Shown here in pieces: positions 11,152-22,891 of a stretch of 64,000 nt of DNA. The stretch is from Psilocybe cubensis. Its lineage: Eukaryota. Every line of letters starts with the position of its first letter. The stretch's first letter is position 1. Made by a program: the position numbers and the translations under genes. The notes under the pieces are model-generated. The model did not search any database. It was not told the DNA's origin and saw nothing but the letters and a program-made list of their open reading frames with translations. The stretch is from positions 1,178,001 to 1,242,000 of the forward strand of contig CM038999.1 in NCBI GenBank assembly GCA_017499595.2. Direction: 5' to 3'.

Positions 11152-14100
11152 ATGACGGACAGCACGCCGAGGGCGCATGTCTCCCCGCAGACTCTCTATC
11201 ACTCCTCTGCGCCAACTCCCCGCTCTTCCTCTCTTCCCTTTCCCTACCTCATGGGCCTCGCCCACTCAAAGCAGCACCAGCAGCAGCAGCAGCAACAGCA
11301 ACAGCCACAGACAAAAGGCATCAACCTCAAGCGCGCCTTTGCTGCTCGCCGCAAAAAAGAGTCTCCTGCGCAGGTCGCAGCTCTCCCGCCTACTCCCCCC
11401 TCCAAGGATACCGACAACAACAGGCACTCGGTCATCCCCCTCAGTCCAGGCATATCCTCCGCTGTCAACTACATCGCCCTCTACGACCAGTCTCCCTCTC
11501 CCTCAGAGCCACCCACCCAAAAGGACTCGTGGCGCAAGTCTGACTCTACCAACAGCCACCGCACAGTCCGCAATCCCACACGCTCCTCCCGCCCCGTATC
11601 ATGGGCAGAGTCCTTCCAGTCCGCACACACTGTCGTCCCCTCGGGCTCAGCCAGACCTCTCAGTGCCCTCATCGCAGATGCCGATTTTGGTGTCGCAGAG
11701 GAACTCGATGAGCAGGACGAGCGAGCCGAGCGACCAACTGAGCCGCGGACAGGAGCCGAGACCCATAGCGACGGCGATGATAACAGTAAATCCCAAACAC
11801 TCTCTTACCCCACACAGCCTACACCTACAACACCTACGCCCACCCAGACTAACCCATCATCAACCACTGCCCCTCCCTCCTCGTTCGCTACCACCCCAAC
11901 AACAACATCCCACAGACGCTCCCTCTCCCTCGACCACCCTCCTCCCACTCACACCCAATCCCATTCCCACCCACAGGGCCCAAACAGACTCCCATCGCAC
12001 TCCATCTCCGAAGGTGTCCCACGCCCCATGTTCCCGCACACACATACACAGCCAACAGCTGTAAGCCTGCACAACGCCCGTATCTTTCCAGTGTTGCCCG
12101 TCTCTTTGAGCCCGACTCCCAGCGGCTCCGGACAGCAGCAGAAACAGCAGACGCCGCTGCAGCCTCTACGGCCGAGCCATCAATTACATGGGCACGGTCA
12201 GGGGCACACCTCTTCAGCATCCGCATCGTCCACATCCACCACATCCACCACTTCTACTTCCACATCCACATCTGCATCTGCGTCTGCATCTACATCGTCC
12301 GCGTCATCTGCGTACGGCTCGGCATATGCATCAGCCTCAGGCTCCGCATCGTCGCTTTCAAGCCCAGGTCCCGGTCCCGGTCCAGGTACTCACGCACGGC
12401 CTCTCCCATCACATCCGCACCACGGACACGGAAATGCACACGGAGGATCTAAACCCCCTCCATCGGCATTTCCCTCCATGTCCTCCCCCTCCTCCTCCTC
12501 CGGCGCCCAGCTACACCCCCAACCACACCAGCTGCACCCGCACCAACACCAACACCAACGCACACAAACGACCTCAATATCAGGTCTCAACCCCGCTATA
12601 CTCGCAAAGCGCGCGGTGGAGGGTATGTCAGGCGGGCTGGGTGTACTCAAGATGAAGTTCGGTATGGGGTCGTCTTCTGCTTCCGGATCGGGGGGTGCGA
12701 GTCCTGGAGGCGCTGGTGCGGGGTCTGGAAGCGAGTACGAGAGAGAAAGAGAGAGAGATAGGGAGTGGGAAAGAGAAAGAGAGGTGGAAGGAGGATACTC
12801 CTCCTCATCTAGCAGTGCGGCGGTTAGACCAGCGGGTCCGAGCGCGTTCACATTTGGCAAAACCAAGAGCGCGTCGTCCGCCTCTGCTAGTGCACAGTAT
12901 GGGTACCCGTTGGGGAGAACGAGTTCGGGGTCTAGTGCCGGACACGGGCATACACAGGGGCAACAGGGACACACATACTCCAAATCGCACAGTCACTTTC
13001 TCTCTTCATCGTCTTCGCCTCCTTCCCATGCTTCCTCCCACCAACAACAACAACAAGGACAAGGCCATAGACCCGCACCCTCCATATCCAGCCTCTCCTC
13101 CCACACCCATTATGACAACCCAATCCAAAATGAAGGCCCGAACCTCGGTCGGCTCCTCCGCGGTCCATTGGTAAACACCAGTAGTGGGAAGAGGGGCACT
13201 GCAGGGATGGTGTTTAAGAGGGATTTGGGGCGGTGTGTTTATGAGACTGGTGTTTGGGTTGGTAGTGCAGGGGTTGGTGCTGGAGTGGGGAGAAAAGGGG
13301 TTGAGGGTGATAGCGCGTCGGTTTCTTCATCGTCTAGCGCTGCGCGGTCTTTATCCACCTCAGCTATCGGTTCAGGTGTGAACGCCAAAGACCCCGCCTC
13401 CTCCTCAAAAACCACCTCCTCCTCAAATCCCGCCAACTCCTCTCAACCCCCCTCATCCTCCAAACCCAACCAGCAACCAGACCAACCAGAATCCCAAACC
13501 CAAACCCAAACCCGACACCGCCTCGCCCTCATCCGCACCCTCGCAGACCCGTCCAAACGTCGTCTCCCCGCGCTGGTCGTAAGATGTGCGCAGCATTTGT
13601 TGGTGTGGGGTGTTTGTGAGGAGGGGTTGTTTCGGTGCGTTTTTTTTCTTTCTTTCTTTTTGTGTTGGTTATATTTTTGTGTTGGTTATATTTTATGTTT
13701 CTTTTCGAGTTCGAGTTGGAGTTGGAATTGCGATACTGACCACCTGCGTTTTTTTTGTTTATACAGAGTGAGCGGGATGCCGCAGCATGTGGCAAAGTTG
13801 AGAGCAGAGTTCGATGCTGGTGGGTACTCCTTTTTGCTTTTTCTTTCCCTTTTTACTATTACGAGTGCTTCTACGTGTCTCCTATTCTATTTTATACCGC
13901 GATTGCGGATTGCGGATATTGTGCTATGATGTGATGGGTACTGGGTACTGGGTACGAGGATGGCAACGCCTCTGCCTTTCTCGTTATCCATATGCATATC
14001 CGTATATGCCCTTTTTATTTCCCTTTCCTTTCCTTCTTATATCCCCCTTTTCATGTGTTAATGTATCACCGCGATGTGCGTGGATGGATGAATGTGTACA

Positions 14101-17100
14101 CCAGTGCGCTTGTGGATGGAAGATGGCGCTGGACGCTGGACTGGACGCTGGATCTGGATCTGGATCTGGATGTGCTCTGGATTATTTCAGATGCAATATT
14201 GCGGATGGGGCGGGTAGAAAGAATACAGCTAGACTCGTTCTAGTTTGGTCCTGGCTATTGGTACATGCGATGCGATGCGGATTCACATCGTTGTCATTCG
14301 CTTGGGCGACTTCTTTGCTTTCTTGCTTGATACTTGATACTTGCCACTTGATACTTGCTGTTTTCCTCTCTATCACCCGCATTGCGCTGCGCTGCGCTGA
14401 TTGCTCGAGATCAATTTTCTCCTTGCCTTGACTGACTGACAACTCGGGTTTTTCTATTTTTTTTTGGCGTTGACAGGATGCGACTACGACATGACAGAGT
14501 GTACACCGGGCGACCTGGACCCGCACGCCGTTGCGTCCGTGTTCAAGGCGTACCTGCGCGAACGTGCGTATCCCTCTTCCCCCCTCCTTTTTTCTGATGT
14601 CAAGCTGACGCTGACGCGGATGGACGTACAGTCCCAGAACCCATTCTCACGCAAAAGCTGCAGCCGCTGTTCGATGCGGCGGTGAGCAAGGAGACGAGTC
14701 TTAACACCAGCACCGCCGCCGCTGCCGCTGCGACACACATGCCCGTGCGCATGTCTGTTATCCCAGGCCGCGGGCTGCCAGCGAACCCCAAGTCAGGGCT
14801 GCCCAACAAACCCTCTTCGTCCTCCACATCCACATCCACCACTTCTTCTTCCTCCGCATCCAACAACAACAACAACAGCAACAGCCCACTAACAATGTCC
14901 CTCCCCCTCCCCAACTCCCTCCGCAAACCACCCTCCCTATCCACCCTCGCCGCGCCCTCATTCACCGGCATCCCCCCGCCCTCGCTCCAACTCACCCGCG
15001 CGATCCAGGCGCTCGTGGCGCTGCTCCCCCGGGAAAACAGGGATATCCTCCGCACGGTCGTTGATCTGATCAGGGCGACGGCGGAGCGGAGTAGGGAGAC
15101 GAAGATGCCGCTGAGCAACTTGATGCTGGTGTTTTGTCCGAGTTTGGGGATGACGCCGCCGTTGATGAAGGTGCTTTGTGAGGCGGAGGGGATTTGGGGG
15201 TCTGAGGATGAGGATGAGGATGAAAAAGATGAGGGTGATGGGGTGGAGGAGGGAGAGGAGGAGGAGGAGGAGGAGGAGGAAGATGATGTGATGGATATTA
15301 GAAGACGCACGGTTGTACCTGCAGACGCGTCAGCCGTCGCCGCTGCCCTCGACCATGACCACGATAACGACGTGCCACCGCCTACACCGGCCAAAGACGA
15401 TCTCCCGCTGAACATCCTCACGCGCCGCGCACCGCGCGGAGGAGATCTCGAGACGAGGAGTGTGGCTGGGTCGGATTACCATGCTTCGGCGGAGGGCGAC
15501 GACGACGCGAGTGCGAGTGCGTCGATGTCCTCTTCCTTTGCATCTATGCCTATCCCGGCTCCGCCTCCGCCTATCCCACCGCTGGCGCAGGGCAGACAGA
15601 CGCAGCTTAGCACCACGCCCTCCGTGCGCATCCGGCGGCGGCGCCAGGTCGTGTCGCCCGTGAGCAACACGAACACGAACGCGCGTGCGTCGGAGGTGCC
15701 GACGGTGTCGACGGTGTATCTCGACAGCCGCTCGGTTGTGAGCTCCGTGTCGTCGTTTGGTGGTGAGGCGGGGAGCGAGGAGAGTGATGGTGAGGAGGAG
15801 GATGAGGATGAAGATGAGGAGGATGAGGATGGGGAGGAGGATGAGCATCACCCGCCGCCTCCGCTCTCGGCGTCGGCCGAGTCGATCGCGACGCGGACGT
15901 CCTCGGGAAATCCGTCGTTTTCGCAACTTGAGACGTCAGCGGCGGCGGGTATATTGGCGGCGGATGCGAAGGAGAAAGGCGCGCATGGGCATGGTGGGTT
16001 GAGGTTGGAGATTGCGGATGTGGCGGGTGTGCCGCTGGAGAAGGGCATGATTGGCGGTAATGCTGGGTTTGCTGCGAACCCGAACGCGGCGGGTGGGGTG
16101 ATGAAGGGTGTGAACCCGTCAATGCTATCGCTTGCGTCTTCCGTTGTATCCAAGTCGAGCGCAGGTGCAGGCAAAGCGATCCAGTTCCCTTCGCGAGACG
16201 GCGCGCAGTCGCCTTACCACTTCTTCCCGCCCCCCGCGTCTGGAACTGGCACCTCGGCCTCAACGACAACGACTGGGGGCGATGCGACGAAGAGCAAGCG
16301 CCGCTCGATCCCTGTGCTCTCGCTGCCCAATTTCTCGCCGTCGATCGCCCCGCTCCTCCCGAACTTGTCGTCGTCGAACGCGTCGTCGCCTGCGGGGTCG
16401 CCGTCGCCGCATAGTGCGGGGTCGTTTAGCAGCGGGAGCGGGAATGGGAATGGGAATGGTGGTGGCTTTATCACCGGAGCGGTAGGACAGGAGAAGCAGG
16501 AGAAAAGCCTGTTGAGGTCGAAGAAGCCCTCGTTGCGGTTGTTGTTCTCGAAGCGCTCTGCGTCGTCGTTGACGGGTAATCGCGATAGGGATAGGGAGAA
16601 GGAGAAGGAGAGGATATCGGGCCCGATTATGGTTGTGCAGAGCTCGAACTCGACCTCGAGCTTGAATTTGAGCGCGGGTCCGAATCAGAGTCAGCAGATG
16701 CTTGCGCTGCAGCAGCTGCAGCACCAGATCCAGAGCCAGCATCAAAGTCAAAGCCAGAGTCTTGGTCTGGGTCAGAATCAGGGTCAAGGTCAGACCCCGC
16801 AGCCACGCACGCCGCGCTCAGCGAGCGACTCGTCGGTGTCGACGCCGTTGTCGGCTGTCACGGCGCCGCAGTCGCGGTCGAGTTTGATGAGTGGAGGCCA
16901 TGAGAGTTCGGGTGGTAGTAGTACCAGTACCGGCGGGAGTGGGAGTGGTACGGGGACGATGATGTTCCCGCCTGTGCTGGATACGCCTATTGAGGGCGGC
17001 GCGTTGGGGCTGGATTATGGATTTGGGGGGTTGAAAGAGGAGGAGGAGAGTGAGAATGAGAGTCTGAGCTTGAGCGCGAATAAGAATACGACGCAGAGCG

Positions 17101-17465
17101 CGCTGCAGCCTCCACAGCCGCAGCCGCAGATTGAATCTCCTCTTCTTACGACGGCGACAAGAAGGGCGGTCATCGGCCGTGGCACGATGAAGACTGCTCA
17201 GCAGAAGAGCGCCGCCGCCGCCTCCGCCTCCGCTGGTAGTTCTAGCAATGCACCATCACCATCTGCGACCCCGCTCTACCAACTTGGCCTACAAGCCTCC
17301 ACTAGCTCGTCGAATCTGTCTGTGACGTCCACTGCGTCGTCGCATCATCTAAGCTTGTTTGAGGACGAGGAGGATGATATGGAGGATTGGACGCAGAGCG
17401 TGTTGTTGGCTGCTGCTGATGTGGATGCGAATTGGGACTTTAGCAAGTCGTCGACGTTGGCGTAA
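11152..17465 (+). CDS. Large low-complexity RhoGAP-domain protein
   Basis: RhoGAP motifs over 4 exons: LPALVVRC..EEGLFR|VSG (arginine finger), DPHAVASVFKAYLRE|LPEPILT, LPRENRDIL..KMPLSNLMLVFCPSL. Introns ~13636-13766, ~13820-14476, ~14564-14631. Flanked by long S/Q/G/E-rich regions. Confidence 0.85.
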
Positions 17466-20122
17466 CTGTGGTGTTCTCCCTGGATTTTTTTTTGTTTTTT
17501 GGTTGGTTCGGTGTAGGGGCGTTTGAGGGCGTTTGGGACGATGCCTGGTGCATTTCATTGTGGTTTTTTGGGTTTGGGGTTTGGTAGGAAGAAAGGACGG
17601 AAGGAAGAATTGGTTTTTCTTTCTTTTGGATTTTTTTATTATTCATGCTTTATGGTGTTTTTATGTTCATGTTCATGTTCATTTTCGTCTTCGTCTTCGT
17701 CTTCGACTTCGATTTCGACTTTCATTTTCTCTTCCTCTTTTTTGTTGTTTTTTGATTATTTTTATATGCCTCTTTGATTTCCTTTTTTCATGTTTTTTTC
17801 TCTTTCTGCCACATCTACCTATACCCTCTGTTCATCATGATCGTTATCATCCATTATCTCATCATCATTGCTCATGGTTCAAATTGTCCTTTTTCTATCA
17901 TCACACCTATCATCACTGTTCACTGTTCATCACTATCATTACCATTCATCATTTTTCACACAAACATGATTAGTACATGCTGCATGCTACATGCCTTACT
18001 ACTTTCACCCTTTGCATTTTCTCACTCTTGCATCGCCACTGTTCTCTATTCACTTTTCTTTCACAAATTTATGTCTCTCCTCTTTTCCTCACATTGTGAT
18101 ACACACACACACTCTCTCTCTCTCTCTATCTCTGTTTTGGATCATATTAATTTATCACTACATTCATGCTTAACATATCAACATTACCATTTGTTCCACT
18201 ACAACTCACACAATCACTCATTTGTTTTGTTTTATGATTTTCCTTTTTTTGTCTTGCTTCAGTCTTCATCAATCTCATGATATGACACACACAATGACCG
18301 CACCTCACAGCCCTTCATAAATATAGTGTCATTACCCGCAGCATCACCATACAGTCTCACAGACCATTCACACTTTCTTTTTTTAGTTTCAGTGTTATGT
18401 TTTTTTTTGTTTTGTTTTTATGTTTGTTTTTCTTGGAAGTTGGAAGGTTGTTGGTACATTCTTGGACACTACTCTTTATTATTACTATTTTAAAGTTATA
18501 AGTAATCATTGATCAATCATTGGTATATATATCGTACCGCATGCAATTGCATTTTTTTTATTTTTTCGTCTGCCGGAATAAGAGAATCAGAGGCGATCTA
18601 GTGCTGGATTCCTCTGTCCTCTTGAGTTGAGATGTCACCAATTACACCGGCACGTATATTTCGCAAAAAAGTACCCATATCCGAGTAATCTCTATGTCAC
18701 CGAACAACACACCTATAACAATTGTGCTAGCCGATCCCGTGGCTTGCAGGCATTGCAGAACTGTGATAGGGGTAAGGACTAATCCATCGCAAGATAGAAA
18801 TCAATAGGCGATTGTTGAGATTGGGGTCGGCCAAAATGATCGGAAACCGGCCCACAAACATCGGCGCTTAAATTTCAATATGGCAGACTCAGGACGAGAA
18901 TTTATATATTAGTATGCCCACTCATCAACGACTTGTAAAATCATGTACACCGCAACCTTTACATACAGGCATTAATGTTAGAATGGATGGTACAAACCGT
19001 CAAGGTAATGAGCTTTGTAGATTTATTGAATGCTTTTAAAATCGTTGGCAAAGCTGAAAAATATATATTCGCAGTCAATGGGCTATGCCGGGTATTTTGT
19101 ATGATTATAGTGCGTTATAACTTACATTAAATTATGTACCAAAGAAGGAAGAGAAATCTACTATGAACCATTTCTCCTTTTTGAAAAATTCGTCGTGACC
19201 CTCAACAGTGCAGTGCAGGTATCTTGGCTTGGGAAAAATCGAGCAACCTCGACAGCAGGAATCTCCCCCTTGTCGTTTCGGAAGTGCTAAAGTTTCTCGT
19301 TTCAAAAGTGTATCATTCAGTCGCTCTGTTGTCTTAAAGGCTCAGTACGGTGGAAAACTTTAGCATGGATTCTAAAAATAGCGTAGCGGGTATACTTCCG
19401 CTGTTACAGTCGAGGCTGACCTTCCGGGCGCTAGGCAGTAATTACTAACACAGGGGGTTATGTAGTCTTTGAATCTCAAAGTGAAAGAAGAGACGTATGG
19501 TAATGGTGGGTGTATTATGTCTGAGAAAGTTTCAGGAAACTAGTATAGCCTGATAGAATCCCAACCATTAGTCTCGACCGTTTGCCCGCCAAATTGTTAA
19601 GTTCAAAATACAATTCTAAGTCCCTTTTCCCACGCACAGACATCCTATGAAAAACTGGATCATCAGATCTCGTGCCGACCGGTGACAAGACGCCCTCTGG
19701 ATGACCATCCATACTAATCTCAGTTCTAAACCAGGGACACCTATTTGCGGACACCTGCTATTGATGGACAACATTCCCCCGAGGAATCCATGATGTCGGG
19801 TTCCAGTACACAGCCTGTTTGGCAGAGCTTGAGCAGAGCCTTGGTGAGTGGGTTGATCGGTTCACTGTGATCAACATGTGAATTGGACAAAGCTGAACCT
19901 CACTCATAGATAAAAAAAATCATCCCTGTAAACCTGAGCCATACACCTTGCCATATACACGAGATTTATGTCGGCCCATCCGGATTTGTACTTGTTGCGG
20001 TAGCGTTCACACCTTTACGGAAAGTCGGTAGGACCCTGAATAATTCGTGGAACCTACCAACGACCCGTGCGCTGAAGCTCCACGAAACTCCGCTCTTGCC
20101 TTGCTCTTCTCTCTTTACACTC

Positions 20123-22050
20123 ATGCCTACTCTCAGTACGACCATCGAGGATACATCTCCAGTGATAATCTATTCTGGAAACGGCGGAGATTGGGTTGCA
20201 GGAAGCTCGACAAACGATAGCCTGGCTTCTCTGTGCGTAAACTTCATCCGTTTGAACTATACTCTATTAAACAGATGCATACTTGCGATAGATATTCGCA
20301 AGGGAGTTTTACTTTGACAAGTAGGAATAATGCCAATGCATCCTTCTCATTCTATGGAACTGGAGTGCAGATCTTTGGTGCGAAGAGGAACAACCATGGG
20401 CCGTATCAAGTTACTATAGATTCCACAACATATGCCCAAGTCAGCGGACAGGCAGCAGATCCTGGATCCTTCCAGACTTCTCTATTCTCTACTGTGGCGT
20501 TGACCAACGGATTCCATAAGGTTACTATAGTGAACCAGGGGTCCACATTTCTCGACATCGATTTCGTGCGTTTGTCGAGCCGCCATTCAGACGAACCAAC
20601 TGAAATTTATTGTGTGCCTTTCATAGATAACGTGGCAGACTCCTGTAGGATCATCAGATGAACCATTGCTATCTTCAACTATACAAGATTCAGAATCAGC
20701 CTTCGTATACACACCGGAATCAGCATGGAATGGGAGTCCACCTAATGTTGGGATGTTTTCTGGAGGTACTGGGCAGTACGTGAAGTATTTTTGGACATAG
20801 TATGATATGAACGTTGTCTTTAGCACTTCGACCACTGCCGGATCATCTGTTGAATTCACATTCACAGTCAGTGTTTTGGGGTTTCATCTACTTCAATGTT
20901 CTCATATTATCTGTTAGGGCAAGTTCCCATGCCAACTTCATGGTACTCTTTTTACATCCAACCCTTTGAAGGTTCTGCTGTGGAAATATTCGGACCAGTC
21001 GGACCTAGCGGTGCTGTGTTTTCAGCACAGCTAGACAGTAGCAATCCTACAAACTTCACTACCAATAAGCCGTATTATAGACCACAGCAGCTCCTCTTTC
21101 AGGCTGGAAACTTAGGCAACGGGAAACATACTGTCAAATTCATACAACAGTCTTGGGATAACTCTGCTCTGTCCTTCTCCATTGATTTTGCACAGGTTTT
21201 TACCACCCCGTCGCTACAGCAAAGGTCAGTAATGATGGATATCTTATTGGTAGACTCGTGTTAATGACTATATACCAGTGCCTCTGCAGGGTCAGACTTT
21301 TATGCATTTTCTGTGTCAACGAAGTACTAATATGGTTTACGAGAAGACTATCCGTAGGCGCTAAAACGGGTATTGCTATTGGAGTTGTTGCAATTTTAGC
21401 TGCGGCCATCGCTGCCCTAATCATATTTCTGCCTTCGAAGTATCTTAAGTTCTTCCGCCTGAAGGGAAGGTCTGTAGAAAAAGGCACAATTTCAGGGCCA
21501 TTCCTGTATCAACGAGTCAGTGGTGATTTGTCTGCGGGCATCCCGCCCCAATCAGCTCCCTATGGACGACCTACACACAGTGCACAACCATCTCAATCGC
21601 TGTCAAATTACACTCCTCCATCATCAGGCTTTCCTTCATCCGGTGGGACATATGCGCCCAGTTCAGATACATTGATTCAGGGCCCTAATGTATGTTTCGT
21701 ACATTTGATACGCCTTCTTCATTATGTGCCTGCGGCTTTCTGATATTGACTTTTTTCCACAGTCCCAAGTGATTTCAATACCATTCACTGCGGATGGAAA
21801 ATACAGACCTGATCTTCCCAGCACACCTCAACTCTTGCCACCACCAGGGACACGAAGAGATCCAACACCATCATCAAGTCGCAGTCACCTATCGGTGTTG
21901 CCTCCTGGAGCCGCTCAGCCGGGGGTGATTAGTGATGATGAGCTTGGGATGATTACTCAGGAGACGAGGCAAGGAACGTATATGACTCCACTACGTCGGC
22001 CAACTACTGCGAGTCTGGCTTGGACAGAGCCACCACAGTACCAACGGTGA
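20123..22050 (+). CDS. Single-pass membrane protein with two repeated galactose-binding-like beta-sandwich domains (paralog A)
   Basis: Two copies of an IEDT/IQDS..Y..W..F.F.G..V.IFG..G...V..D...H.V...IDF pattern; TM segment GIAIGVVAILAAAIAALIIFL; Pro/Ser tail ending EPPQYQR. Fold assignment is by resemblance only. Confidence 0.75.
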
Positions 22051-22891
22051 TGATATTGCAGCTACTTTTCCAGGTTTTTCTATCAAACTCGTTATCGGAT
22101 ATTTTATGGCTTATTTCCTTTGGCATCCAAACGACGACTTCAATAAAAATGACTATGACGATACTTATCTGCGATGGACGTACGTTGTATTTCAAGGGCT
22201 GCGGACCTTTCTTTTTTTCTTTCCTTTGACATGATAGGACATTTCCCCGTGGACATAATGTGATAAAGTAAATCCTGTATAACATAGTAGTTGAATAACC
22301 TGTGTGCGTGACAACGAACTGGAAGCATCATTTCCCTGGCAAAAAAGGTTTCAACTAGACACACATATTCACTGAGAGGTAGCAGTGAAGTTGGGAGGCT
22401 GGTCACGGAGATGAACAGCCGCTAAATGACCAGAGCTGAATATAAAAGCCCGTGTATTCAATTATAGAGCTCGAAAAATTGTCGACCAACACAGAATAAT
22501 GACGTCTGTGAGTAAAGCCGCATCCAAGTTAATTGACGCGCGTCCCATAGCGCGTCGCGGCGTCTCCTTGAAACCCGAAATTTGAGCAGATTTGGTAATT
22601 TTGCATCAAAACATCAGCGCCATCACTACGGCACTGAGCGGCATCAGACCCCTATTGCTGCCAAGTTCCTCTCAACCATCATCTTTATACCATCACGGTT
22701 CACCCCATCCCGCAAAAGCAGAATCTCCGACCTTACTGACTCACCACGGAGTCTTTAAATTTTCACGCGTAAGCGACAATCATAGAAAATCCCGTCCCAG
22801 GTTCAGACTTTGTGTTTCAATAATGATTCAGGCAAGTATTTAACGATGGAACGAATTCACCGTATTTCCTCAAAATTGCTGGTCAATTAAC

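Noticed and set aside
6260-18280. Many hydrophobic or low-complexity ORFs (e.g. 6260-6475, 13814-14431, 17533-18280) and antisense ORFs
   Set aside because: By-products of microsatellites, introns and UTRs, or shadows of real genes in skewed sequence.
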